This document shows, in pieces, positions 1-12,676 of a DNA stretch of 64,000 bases. The notes under the pieces are model-generated. The model was not told the DNA's origin, searched no databases, and saw nothing but the letters and a program-made list of their open reading frames with translations. Position numbers and translations under genes: made by a program. The stretch spans positions 1-64,000 of the forward strand of contig NW_015173763.1 in the NCBI RefSeq assembly GCF_001447785.1, read 5' to 3'. The DNA is from Gekko japonicus (taxonomy: Eukaryota). The first letter of the stretch is position 1. Each line of letters starts with the position of its first letter.

Positions 1-3000
1 TTTAGTGGATACACATGTGGAATCTCTCCTCTTTAATTAAACTATATTTTGAAAACTGTTGTTGTTATTATTGTATTTGTGGGACATCCAGTATACCTTT
101 GTAAATGCTACTTTGCTCCTGTAGACTTTAAGCTTAAGTTATACGACAAATGACACTATCTTTTAATAAAATATGACAGCAAAATCAATCCCAGAGATCC
201 TAATATCTCCATCCAGCACCCCTAGACAATAATTTTTCCCCTGCTTTTGAGCTAGTGAGGTATAAGGGTAAACTTAAATACATTTCTTCCTTCCTTCCTA
301 AAGATTTAATGTGACATGAAGTTTTTGAACTACAGCCCACTTCATCAGATGTAAAAAGTGTGTACTATATTGGAACCTATATGTATGTGAGCAAAAATAT
401 AAAATTACAAAATTAGACATATCATTTAGATCAAGATCATATGGGGGTGTCAGTATGTAAGCTTCAGCAATAGATGTTCCTGATCTGACAGTTGTCAGGT
501 GATTGTCAGGTGATACAGTACCAGACTTAACCAGTTTGGACACGTCTGGGCAAAGACAGAGTCACAATGACTCAGCACAATGCTGATTGGCTGTCATATG
601 TATATATGTAGAATGTACCTATGCACAGTGTTCTCTCCTGTATGTATGGATGCTGGCGAAGCACTCTGTCCAAGAGCTTTATATATTGTAAATAAACTTC
701 CTGTAAATAGTTACCACTGGACTGTGTTATGTGGTTTGCTATTGGGAGTTGCTGGTGAGTGGAACTCTGCTGGAGTGTGCTTAAGTTATAAGTTGCCAGT
801 TCACAGAGCTGAATACGCACTGCACGACAGGGGGAGGTGAAATCTTCTGGCAGCCCATGGTGGATCTTGGCAGCTTGGTGTTTGGTTGTGCTCAGCAAGA
901 CCATGTAAAATCTTATACTTCTCTATAGCAATAGAGGCTGATTCCTCTCCTCCTACTTTTACTTAATTTAATTATAACCCACTCTTCTCCCCAGTAGGAA
1001 CCCAAAGCAGCTTACAAAATGAGGATGGAGCACTATTGCTACCAAGGGAATAGCTCCCTTAGGACTGAATTTTACATTCACTCCATTATTGATTACTAAT
1101 TGAATTACTGATATACCTCTATTTTTCTGCCTTTCACTATCCACTTGTTTGCAATAAAGTTTCAGTTTGCTTGCTAGAGGTGTCTTTTTAAAAAAATTGT
1201 TATCCTTTTTGCTCCTTCTGAAGATTTTTGTAGTTATCTGCTTCTTCAGGGAATTGATCATATATACTGTCTTACTTTGCTATAGTAAAACACATCTCTC
1301 ACACTTTTGAAAAGTGGTGTCTTTTTCACCACTGGGGAAGGGGTTTCTCAAAGTAAGACAGTGTACTCATGGATCGTATGATCCCTAAGATCCAGCTCAT
1401 GGTGCACATGTGTGGGGACACCTATGTGTGCCTAAACCATACAATTCATGACTGGCCTATGGAAAAAAAGCTGGGTGTCTTTCACATAGGCTTAATAGGA
1501 TATCATGTACCAGCTGATGTTATTTACTTCCATGCCATGAAAAACTTCAGTGGTTCATTTCCAAATATTAAGCCTGTATTTAAGGGACAGGACATTTGTC
1601 TCCAGGCCAGCAGGTAACTATATGCACAATGAAGTTTCCCATGCTCTTGGCAAACAGAAGGAAACTTGCAAGAATTTTGAAAGCCCTGGAGGTCAGGATT
1701 GGCTTTTAGCATAAGCTCCTCTACTTCTTAGATGGGAGTAAGACAGGCTGTGCAAAATAGCTGCTGGGTTGGGGGCAGCAGCAAGATGGTGGCAGTCTTA
1801 GGCTGCACCAGGATTTGATCTCACATCATCAGCTTATGATTCTGAATGTGTTTGCAAGCTTATTCTAATGCAGCCCACCAGCTATGTTTGTTTGGTCTTC
1901 TAACTAACACTCCCACTTTCTGTGGTCTCATGCATGCAACTAAAAGAAGCTAAATCAGAGCTAGCCTTCTGCAAATGGCTCAAAACATATTGATTTAAGA
2001 AAGCTTTTGAGGTTAACACAGTATACCCTGTGTTCTCAGCTTGAGATGTGCTTGTTCTTCTCTCAGCTTGGTTCTGCTCTGCAAGCTTGTTCTGAAGAAA
2101 CATGTCTGGAGGAATTGGTCTGAATAAAAAACACCCTGTTCCTTTAACAGACACTTGATGTTTGTAAAAGGGTAGTTGAAGTTTTTTTGTGACATGGAGT
2201 TTATAGTATCATCTGGTAGATAACATTCCATTAAGCCATTATTAAAGGAACAGGGCACCCCCCCCCTCCAGGAAGTTGGCAACACTGTAAATGAACAATC
2301 TCCTGTGACAAAGGGGATGATAATGTTTAGCTTTCTTCTCAGATGGGCCTTAAGCATCAGGAAATGGTTTTTGTTCACAGCAGCAGGAAGAGGGGAGTAC
2401 CTTATTCATCCAGATGGAATGGGCAGATGGGCATCTGTATTGAAAATAAGCACACAGGGAGGAGAGAGAAAATTGGGGCAATTCTTAGAGCATTTTGGAG
2501 ATGGTGACTCCAAAAGGCATCATTATGTCTGTGATGTCATCCCTTTCTTGTTCTTTTCAACTGCAAGAGTAGGGGAGGGCCAGTGAGGACAGTGGTTTGC
2601 TGCAGCGGGTAGCCTTGTAAGCCTGTCTGGGGAACATTAACTTCAAAATCAAGCTTTGGGGAGGATGTATTGTTAATGGCAATGGGAAAGGGAGAGAGTG
2701 ACTTTCTTCTTCCCCTACACCACTACCCTGACTGAAAATAGTCTTTTGGGAAAACAAAGACAAGCAAAATATGTGCCCTTATCTTTTTTATCCACATGTT
2801 TTTACCCACTCTGCCCTCAGTTTCTCTCATGCTCTGTGTGTGCCCAGGGCTATGAACCATTTTCTGTCAACAGCAGCACACATTGTGGAAATAGCCCCCT
2901 CCCTTTCATTGACCCTACTCCCTCAGCTGCTTGTATCTTTCATCCTCTCCACAAGAATTCTGGCACCATGAGAAATCATGACGATAAAGAATCTATCACA

Positions 3001-3413
3001 GGCAGTCAGGAATTGCAATTTCTGGTTACTCATACTCGGTGCAGGCACATCTCTCCCCCTCGTTGATGTGAAGAATGTGTCATGACAGCAATGATAGTCT
3101 GTTGCCAGTTTCCTTGTGTCCAACTTTTAGCTCTGATATGGCCCGAATAGGAAAACTGCTAAGACAATGTTCTACCCTGTTCTTCCAATGGGCCTGGAGG
3201 CAGTGAGAAGGCATGAAGCACATAAGAAAAAAAGGGAGGGTTCACCACAGGAGGAAAAACTTCAAAAGCAGATTGGTACTATGAATCAAGATATTTGTTC
3301 CCTCTGGCAGGAGACTGGGGATTTAAATTGCTAGTGTTATTTTCCTGTTGAAAGTTACTGCTCCCTATCTAGAAGAGGAGACATAACAACCAAGCGTAAA
3401 AGAGAATATTAAT

Positions 3414-3540
3414 TAAATTGTTCCCCCTGTAATTATCAAAAGGACAATAACTCTGTGCCTTCACTGTATCTCCTGTGGAGTGCCACTGGACAACAATGAT
3501 GCTAAAAACCTATATAAATATATCCCCCAAATATTCAGAA
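3414..3540 (+). promoter_or_regulatory. Putative V2R-A proximal promoter (TAATTA, TCTCCTGTGGAG, TATA-like)
   Basis: Alignable with the upstream regions of V2R-B, C and D at a similar distance from the ATG. Confidence 0.55.
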
Positions 3541-3786
3541 GTATGGTGAAGCACTAGGGAGCGTCAGGTTTTTGTTCCTGTGCATTTTATACTCCAGGGT
3601 CAGGCTGGAACTGGCTACTGTCTTTCTTTCAGGACCAATGCCAAGTAAATCTGGCAATGAACAGTAAACCTGAATTAACCAATATGACCATGAGTGTGTG
3701 TTTCATCTGGGAATGGATGCTCAGATCATAGTGCTGCAGATGCAGACAAGGGATTCTATGTTCAGAGGGAACATTTTTCATTCAGG

Positions 3787-4001
3787 ATGTGGATATTAGC
3801 AGTGGTACTTGTGCTGCAGCCTTCCATTTTGTGTAGGGCTCATGTTGGTAAATGTAGTCTCTCGGATCCCCAGCCTACACTTCACAAGTATTATCAGTCA
3901 GGAGATCACATCATTGGAAGCATTGTTTCACATACCATCTTCCACGCCAGTCTGAAGAACTTCAGGGAACAGCCTTCTTGGTCATTATCTGAAGATTTCA
4001 T
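3787..4001 (+). CDS. V2R-A exon 1 (signal peptide, start of Venus-flytrap domain); vomeronasal type-2 receptor, Vmn2r26-like
   Basis: ATG 3787, MWILAVVLVL...LHKYYQSGDHIIGSI; donor AT|GTATGA at 4002; 215 nt, phase 2. Confidence 0.9.
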
Positions 4002-4745
4002 GTATGAATTACAATTGCTTCCATTACATGTGCTGTAGTTGGCCACAAACCAACAAATCACAGTTCTGAGTCTTGCAGGACTCCTTTTTCTCGTCCTCAT
4101 GTAAAACATAACATCCTCTTGCATGTTTCATTCCCTTATTATCACAGCATCTTCTGAAAGTATCATCCCAGGTGCATCCTTTTCTGTGCTGTAGCTTCAG
4201 ATGTATACAGTTTCTGAATTCTTCTGCCCCAGTGCTTTCATTCCCTTCCAATCCTTTTAGTTTTAGTTTGTGACCCTGCAGACAGGAACCTGGTCTTATT
4301 TACATTAATAGATGTTGCTGGCACTGGCATTGTGGTTTGCATTTTAATTGCTGTCAGCCACTATGGAAAGGATAAAGTCCAGTGGCACCTTTAAGACCAA
4401 CACATTCAAAATTTGTCCAGTTGCTTTAGGACAACACAACTATCCAGCTGAATTTATCTTTATGGGAAGGATGTTTGTCTAAAAAGTGGGATAAAAATAT
4501 ACAAAATAAACAAAACTTGATATGGATATTGAAATGTCACCTACTTTTCTTGTACCAGCTGCCCTCCTTATTTACCATGCTGTAGTTTGTTTGTTTTGTT
4601 ACTGTGTAATCCAATCGATAATAAGAATTGTCCCATAAAGTACAATTTATAAATATTATGAATAACACTGAATATGCAACTGAATGGTGATGATTTTACA
4701 AAGTGCATAATATGTTTATAACCCAAAATGCAAATCTCATTTTAG

Positions 4746-5037
4746 GGCAGAAACTAACAACTACCAGCACATTCTGGCTTTAGTGTTTGCTATGAAGGAA
4801 ATCAATGAAAATTCCCAGATCTTACCCAATGTCACCCTAGGATTCCATATCTATGATAGCTATTTGAAAGCAATGTGGACCTATCAGGCCACAATGCAAC
4901 TTCTTTCCACAAGGGACAGATTTATTCCTAACTTCAAGTGTGACACCCAGGACAATCTCATTGCAGTCATTGGAGGACTTCATGCCAAAACCTCTCAGCA
5001 GATAGCAAATGTTGTGGGCATCTACAAGTTTCCACAG
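4746..5037 (+). CDS. V2R-A exon 2
   Basis: tttag|G acceptor; NYQHILALVFAMKEINENSQILPNVTLGFHIYDSY...YKFPQ|GTAGG; canonical 292 nt. Confidence 0.95.
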
Positions 5038-6239
5038 GTAGGTTGTATGTACAGAGCATGGACACTTTCAAATTATTTATATGTCCCCCTCCCCCAGATA
5101 TGAACTTTGTGGATTAGAAATAATTAGGGTACATTGAAAGCAATCAGTCAGATTTTATTTTTTGTATGAGCAGAAAAGCCAGATCAAGTCCCGTAGAGAC
5201 AGAAAGCAGGTTCAAAAGAAATAATTTAGGCAAAAAAAAATGCATATAGCACAACTCTAACTTCTGGTCAGAGATATACTGATCTGACTGGTGCAGGTCC
5301 CAAAGCTGTGAACCATGGGCTAAGAGCCAAGGTACCTTCAGTTCACACGCCTATCATGACCAGGCTTGAACACTTGTAACAAGAAGGGAAAAAGCAGCTT
5401 AGTCCAGACATGTTCCTAAGATTCCCTGCCCAGCTAGAAGAGCCTCTGCCCTACACAAGGCTTTTTATTATAATCCTAGAGCTATTTATGCAGTATTGGG
5501 GAATGTATGAGACACTGAGAATGAATAGTATTTACTGTATTAACAATAAATTGTATTTATTTGTTTTACTAACTCTCTATGGTATTAACAATAAGTAGAA
5601 TGTTAAAGCTATACACAAGAAGCAACTTTTCACATCTTTTTGCACTATCTCTAGTCGAATAATTTTAAGGGGTCATAATTTCCTATTTGGAAAAGACCAG
5701 GTTTTTCAGAAATATTATGTGTGGGTCTGAGACCTTAATACAAGGAAGATAACAGTAATTGTTTAGAAATCTGTGACTGAGATGATGGAACTGGTTGAGA
5801 TCTTTTATGGAGTTATTTGATTTATACTCTAAGAATTGCTTTGAGAGTCTTATTCAATGCTGGTCTTAGGCCTGATACACCTGATTGCTAAAATTGTTCC
5901 TGCTACACTTGAATCATGAAATATATACTGTTGGTATTAGAGATTTAGGGTTTTTTTAATCCCCATAGACTTGAATTGTGGATTATATATTGCTGCTAGA
6001 TTCAATCCTATGTCTCTTTTATTCACCCCATTCTTCCCTCTTGCTTGATACACTTGAATTATTTACTGATGCAAAAAGAATTGGAGGGGGGACTTCAAAT
6101 GTATCCTACCATTGTGATTTTCTTCTCTTTGTTGATAGAAAATCAAGGCACTTTATTAATATAATTAGTGGATGTATTCCATACAGCCAGTTATCATTTA
6201 TGCATAATTGATAATTGATCAGTGTGATATAAGATCCTT

Positions 6240-7700
6240 TTTTGAAGGAATGAGCACTAGATATACAAAGAAGAAAGGAAATTCTAAGTTAGGGGGAAGC
6301 ATGCCATCTTTGGAGGATTTTCAAAATCTCCTGTAAACTGAATTTGGTAAATTTGATAGAATATTAAAAGATTTTTAAAAAGGATATATCTAAGAATGTG
6401 GAGGAGGTGGAAAGGAAGATTGACCTTAAATTCTAAAATACAAGAATATAATATAGTATAAATACAAAAAATAGTTGTTTGAACATTGAAAATAATCTGA
6501 AGAGAAGTGGGAAAGTGGTAGAAGAAACATATAATAATGAATGATCAGATGAAGCACATAGGTTTGAAGAGGCATTTAGATTATTAGAAAAAAATAATTT
6601 GGGAATTATAAAGAAGACATCAAGGATGTTTCAGATAAAGTAGATGAGCTTGATAACTGTCAGTGATTATATAATATAAAAACACGAGGATTAAAAGAAA
6701 ATGTTCAGATTGAGAAACAGAAATTGGTTCCATCATCAATCAAAAGGGAAACTGTACCTAAAAAATCAGAAAGAATCTGAAACTGGGGAAGGCAGTCATG
6801 AAGGAGCTTAAAAAGATCCTAAAGTGTAAAGATGTGTCACTGGCAACTGAGATCCAATTAATTCATGCCATAGTATTCCCCTTTACTATATAAAGCTAAA
6901 ATGACTAAAATGAGAAGACAAGCATCACTGGAAAATACAATAATGCCAGGAAAAGTTGAAGGCAACAGGAAAAGAGGAAGCCCCAACATGAGATGGATTG
7001 ATTCAATCAAGGAAGCCATGTTCCTCAGTTTGCAATACCTAAGCAAGGCTGTTAACAATAGGACATTTGTGAAGGTCATTAATTCATAGGGTTGTCATAA
7101 GTTGGAAGCAACTTGACAGCACTTAACACATGCAAAAAAGAAAATGTTGAGGGAAATCATTGTAAAGGATTTATTACAGATATTATATTAGGATGTTTAA
7201 GTTCTGATTATAAGGAAGCAGTTTGGATTGACTTGATTTATTAAATGAAAATTGTCTAGAGACATATTAGTTAGATTTACTGAAGTTTGCCTTAGGAAGA
7301 ACACTTTAGAGAACTTTATTGCTAACCCAGATTTGAAGGTAACTGGGGTAGAAACGAAAGTTTTCCTGGATCTATACCTATAATTTTGAAGAAACAACTA
7401 TATTTATCCTTCCTGAACAGGTGAAAATCCTTATAGATAGGGCTTCCTATGTAAATAGCAGATTCAGTATAAAAATAAAATGGTGACTATTCAGACTGAA
7501 AAGGAGGCAAGGAATTGCCTTAAGATTATAGATGAAGTTGAGGTATCAATGTTAAATAAACTTTCTATTGATGGGTATAAAAATAAGGAAGAAACTCAGG
7601 CTAGGACAGATTCCTTAACTGTTAAATATAACGTCTAAGAATTGCAACAAAATAAAGAGGATTGAGTTTTTAGGATCTTGTTTTATTATAGTGGAAATTG
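6240..7700 (+). mobile_element. Degenerate L1/Tx1-type ORF1 fragment, interrupted by an RTE insertion
   Basis: DKVDELDN..NIKTRGLKEN, RDILVRF, KVFLDL and YR*GF motifs; boundaries approximate. Confidence 0.6.
6706..7135 (+). mobile_element. RTE-clade LINE 3' fragment
   Basis: SLENTIMPGKVEGNRKRGSPNMRWIDSIKE; 13-bp TSD AAAAGAAAATGTT at 6693-6705 and 7136-7148. Confidence 0.85.
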
Positions 7701-8291
7701 TAATAAAGATAGAAAAGTTTCCTATTATATGGGTTAATATTAAAGTACTTAATTTTAAATGCTTCAATTGCACTTCAGTATTACCAAAAAATGAAAAAAG
7801 GTAAAAAAAAGGTTAAAAAAAAGGTAAAACAGGACAGTCAACACCATGGCAATAGATGCCTGTAAAGTTGCCTCACTGGCCTTTTGATATTGCCTATGAT
7901 ACAACTGGTGATGAGTAACATACTTTCTCATTAAAACTTTGTATATCAGGCTCTAGTTTTGGTGGCATGAAGAACAACGTTTGCAACTGATCAGGGGATT
8001 TTCTAAAATACTTTTTGTTTCATGTTGGCATTGGTTTTATATATTTCTGACATGCCTGTACATGTTAAAAAAGGAGGAGGAACCACTGAGCAAGCTAGAA
8101 AAATCACTTTTCTTTGGCTAGTGAACTAATAGAAGTTCAAGAAAGATTGTATTTAATATGTAGGGATAGTCATCACAGTTTTTTTAAGAAGCATACAACA
8201 TCAGATGCACATGTATACACATATACAAAGATATTTTATTTTGGAAAAAACCCCAACCCTTCCCCCCCCCCCTGCTTCCCTGCATCTTTAG

Positions 8292-9149
8292 CTCTTGTAT
8301 GGATTTACTCCAAGGATGCATGATGAAACCCAGGTTCTTTCCTACTATGGGATGGTCCCAAATGAAGCCCTTCAGTACACAGGGATTCTCCAGTTACTTC
8401 TCCACTTCAAGTGGACATGGATTGGTTTCATTGCTGATAACAGTGAGAACGGAGAAAGATTTGTGCAAAAGATGCTTCCGGTATTTTCTCAAAGTGGCAT
8501 TTGTTTTGCTTTCGTAGCTATATATCACAGTTTAGGTTTTGATGATGATTTAAGTGGAACGTTAAACTGGATGATGGAAATAGGTAACGAACTGATGAAC
8601 AGCACAGCCACTACAGTAGTCTTCTATGGTGAAGCTGATTCCATGATAAATTTCAGGTGGTTGTTGATGTATCTGCCCACAATACAGGATGTAATACAAA
8701 CCCTCAGAGGTAAAGTGTGGGTTCTGACAGCTCAAATGGACTTTACATCACTTCAGTACCAAAGAAGGTGGGATATTCAAGTCATTCATGGTGCCCTGTC
8801 TCTTGCAGTTCACTCCAGTAAGCTACCCGGATTCCAACAATTTCTTCACAGTAGAAACCATTTAAGCACAAAAGAAGATGGTTTTATTAGGGCCTTCTGG
8901 TCACAAGCTTTCAGCTGTGTATTTCCAGATTCTGTTTCAGACGAGATGGGAGAGGATCTGTGTTCTGAAGAAAAGATCCTAGATAATCTTCCTGGGCCTG
9001 TGTTTGAAATGCACATGACTGGTCACAGCTACAGCATCTACAATGCTGTCTATGTTGTTGCTCATGCATTACATGCCATGTATTCATCCAAATCCAAAAG
9101 CAGAACACAGGGAGAAAGAAAGAAACTTCAGAATCACCAGCCATGGAAG
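8292..9149 (+). CDS. V2R-A exon 3 (ligand-binding domain)
   Basis: ttag|CTC TTG TAT; LLHFKWTWIG, GHSYSIYNAVYVVAHALH, PWK|GTAAT; 858 nt open. Confidence 0.95.
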
Positions 9150-9705
9150 GTAATAGTTCGAATAATTCATAGTGTGTTTGTGTGGATCTGCAGTATGTGC
9201 AGTGAAGGATGCATTACCCTTTCCCAGTAATGTCCATGTGATTATATACACAATACTGGATGGACAGTTATTTTCACACCAGTTTTGGCTGGCTCCTGTG
9301 CCAATGAAAATTACACATGAAATGGCTCTAGGGAAAATATCAGTTTTGTGGATGAAAGGACAAACTCCACAGTTCTTAGAAAACTATTTTCCTGGCTCTT
9401 TTTGTGGACTTCAAACACTCTGGGCAAACTACATGTCTCAAGAACCTAGCACTTGCAACTGTGCCTTAGAAGTAATCCTGGCACCAAGGAAGGGAGAACA
9501 GTAGGAGGGAAGGGTAGAGGGAATTCTTACTCTCCTTCCATGCTACTACCACTGCCATCATCAACACAGTGGCCTCATGAATGGGTGGGTGACTTCATTG
9601 GGCAATAGGAGATGTCACTACAAAAGATATGGAAAGAGAGGTAAAACTGAACAAGCTAGGGTTTGTATTGTTTATTACAAATTTCTGTTTCATTTCTCGA
9701 TCTAG

Positions 9706-9933
9706 CTCCACCACTTTCTGAGATGGGTCTCTTTTAACAACAGTGCTGGAGACAAGATTTACTTTGACCAGGATGGGGAATTGGAAGCAGGATTTGATGT
9801 TATCAACTGGGTGACATTCCCCAATCAATCTTTTGTTAGAGTGAATGTTGGCAAAATGGACTCCCAGACTCCCTCACTCCAAGCACTCATCATTAGTAAG
9901 GAACTCATTAGATGGCACAGTTGGTTTAATCAG
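9706..9933 (+). CDS. V2R-A exon 4
   Basis: ctag|LHHFLRWVSFNNSAG...FDVINWVTFPN...WFNQ|GTAGG; 228 nt. Confidence 0.95.
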
Positions 9934-10669
9934 GTAGGATTTGTCTTATTAAGTAATTCTTTTAAAGGTATTTTATGCCAATAAAGGTCAACTGAACTGA
10001 ACTGAACAGGTAGGATTTGGAATAGAGACCTTTTGAGATGACCTAGTGAACAACAAATCACTGCAATTATAGTGGAGATGCTGCAGGGCTAGGTTGTAGT
10101 CTTGCATGTAAAGTTGAATTATGACGGACAAAGCTCTGTGTTCTTTTTCTACCATGGGCAATAAGAGTAATATTTAACCCAACCTAAATCTTATAGGCAT
10201 TATTGACTGGTGTTAAGAATGTATGAATATGTGTATTTAGTTGAAATTCTTCTCGGTGGAAGATCACTTTAATTCTGCCTATTTTTTTTGCAAGTTTCTC
10301 ATTCTTGTTACTTATGTTTATATGATATTCCTGTTTACACCATTTTAATGTTATATGCCATTTTATTCCATTTCTATGCAACTGAAAAAGCAGTAATTTT
10401 AAATGTAGTATTTCTGCTGGATTGAATTTGTATGGCCAGGGAAATGGACAAGTATAATCTTATTCCAATTGCAGAGAATACATAAGAAAAATTTGAACTT
10501 TCAAATCAAGAAATCTAGGAACATTCATAATTAGCACTCATTAGATGGTGTCTTCATTGCTAGAGGTTCTTAAGAACTGGGATAACAACTACTTCACGTT
10601 CTTTCATGAATTGTAAGGATTCTAAGCTTTATCTTCTGAAGATGAACATTCTCCTATTTGGTCAATTAG

Positions 10670-10796
10670 GCACAACCCCTTTCTTTATGTAATGATAATT
10701 GCCATCCTGGTTATAGCAAGAAAATAAAGGAAGGGGAGCCATTCTGTTGCTATGATTGCAGTCCATGTCCAGAAGGGAAGGTGTCTGAGAATGAAG
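10670..10796 (+). CDS. V2R-A exon 5 (cysteine-rich NCD3G domain)
   Basis: ttag|[15 protein letters not shown]...[14 protein letters not shown]|GTAAG; 127 nt. Confidence 0.95.
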
Positions 10797-10871
10797 GTAA
10801 GACTTTTCATTTACATATGAAAATACTGTCAGGAATCCAGGGAATAAGACATGCAAGATAATGTAGACATA

Positions 10872-11500
10872 GGCCTACTCTGCACTGGTGTTTCCCCCCG
10901 TTTCACCACTGGGTTATCCAAGTCCTCCTGCATTCTAATCGATTTCAGCTTCCCCAACACCCCAGTATTTCCCCCCATTCTGCATTGCTTTTCCTCCCTT
11001 TAATGGTCAGCTCAGTTTCAACCCTCTCTTGACCCCGGAGATTTTTGAGCAGTGTTCTCACATGCAGTACTGTGAACATGATGTTTGATTTTCCCTTTCT
11101 TTGTTCTGTGCGCACATTCCACATCCCCCTCTCTTGTTTTTTAACAAGTGTCTTGGGTCTATTGATGGAAGTTTATCACAGCAGTTGTTGGAAGCACATG
11201 TGTCCAGAGTGGCATTGGAGGTAGGAAGGGGGAAAAAAGGGGGATGGAGTGGCAAGACAGGACTCGTCCACTTTTTCACATTTCTAGTCAAGTAAATAAT
11301 CTATGCTGATCTTTGTCAGGTGGGTGTGGTGGAGGGTTGCTGGAGGAGGGCGGCAGTGCAAAAAACGTTCTCCACTATGGCCAGGGGAAAAAACTGAGGT
11401 AATAAAGGTAATGCAGAATGCACACACAAAAACAAAAGGCGAAGCCCTTCAAGTTGAACTCAGTGAAGATTGGGAATAAACTGTCAGTGCAGAATAGCCC
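10872..11500. mobile_element. PIF/Harbinger-like MITE
   Basis: TIR GGCCTACTCTGCACT / AGTGCAGAATAGCCC; 3-bp TSD ATA on both sides. Confidence 0.7.
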
Positions 11501-12429
11501 ATAGAGGTTGTTGAGTCATATCTCCCATGTGATCTTTCCTTACTATTTGAAATTTGGGGTTGGATCCAGTCAACTTTTCCATTGGTAAAAAAATGGATAG
11601 GTCCCCTTTTGACCATCCAAAAAGGGTACTGTGAAGACCATGGGGCCTACATGGAGAACGACCATTTGGGATGGTGGTTGTGGTACAGAGAAGGATTAAG
11701 TGAGATTAAGCAGAAAAGATGACTAGAGTACCATCTACTCTTAATGACAGCGTTACAAGCATAGAAAGGTCTTTCCTATCACCTATACCTAAAGGGATCA
11801 AGTCCAGGAAATTCTGATTGCAAGCCATGTCCTCTATCACTGAGCTACAGACTGATCTCAAAAAAACTATTTAATGTGAAACTAGTAGCTATCCCTGATG
11901 AAGCAGTTAGTCTTGAAATGCATCAAGTTACATTAAACATTTATTTTGGGGTACATTTCAATATTTGTGTACTGTGAGTCACTTATTTCTGCTGCCACAA
12001 ACACATATTCAAAGAGCAAAATGTGGCCCCATTGGGGGATCCATAAACCCAGAGATTGGAGCAATGAACAGACAAGATGGATCTTTCTACTAACTTGAAA
12101 AATGCCTCAGGCTTGCAGAAAAAATTAAAATCTAAAAAAACCCAAAGCACCATTGGACAGTTTTTTAAAAATAACAAACCCGAAACATTAAAAGGAATAT
12201 CTATAGCTTTATTAAATGGATGCCCTCATTGGTTGCTGAAGCAACCACAACAGTTTGGCTGGCATTCCAGGCTTGGTTTCTTCTTTGTTTCACACAGTAA
12301 AAGGCAGAGAGATGGGACAGGGCCCTTTCCAGGGCTGTTTTGGCCATTGAGGGAGGACTTATTGTGACCAGGTCTGGCAGCAACCACTGGGCTGCTTGCT
12401 ACTGTTCAACAGTAACTACTCCACAAAAG

Positions 12430-12645
12430 CCAGTGTGATGTAGTGGTTAGAATTTCAGACTGGCATCTTGAATTCCCATTTTGCTGTTGAAACTTACTGG
12501 GTGACCTTGGACCAGTTTCACATTGTCAGCTTTACCTACCTCACAGGATTGCTGTAAGGATAGGACAGAAGAAAGGAGAATGATATAAGCTGCATTCTGT
12601 CCCCATTGCAGAGAAAGACAGGATATTAATGAAGCACATAAATAA
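12430..12645 (+). mobile_element. tRNA-derived SINE (Squam3/MIR-like), old copy
   Basis: CCAGTGTGATGTAGTGGTTAG head; GGGTGACCTTGG..CCTACCTCACAGG core. Confidence 0.7.
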
Positions 12646-12676
12646 GATGGGGGCAGTTAAAAGGTAGATTGGTGGG

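Noticed and set aside
1369-1617. 82-aa ORF with IYFHAMKNF, faintly like V2R exon 1 (IFHASLKNF)
   Set aside because: No signal peptide, HKY/GD motif or correctly phased donor; similarity too short.
5130-5600. Possible LTR fragment in V2R-A intron 2
   Set aside because: Could not define termini or a TSD.
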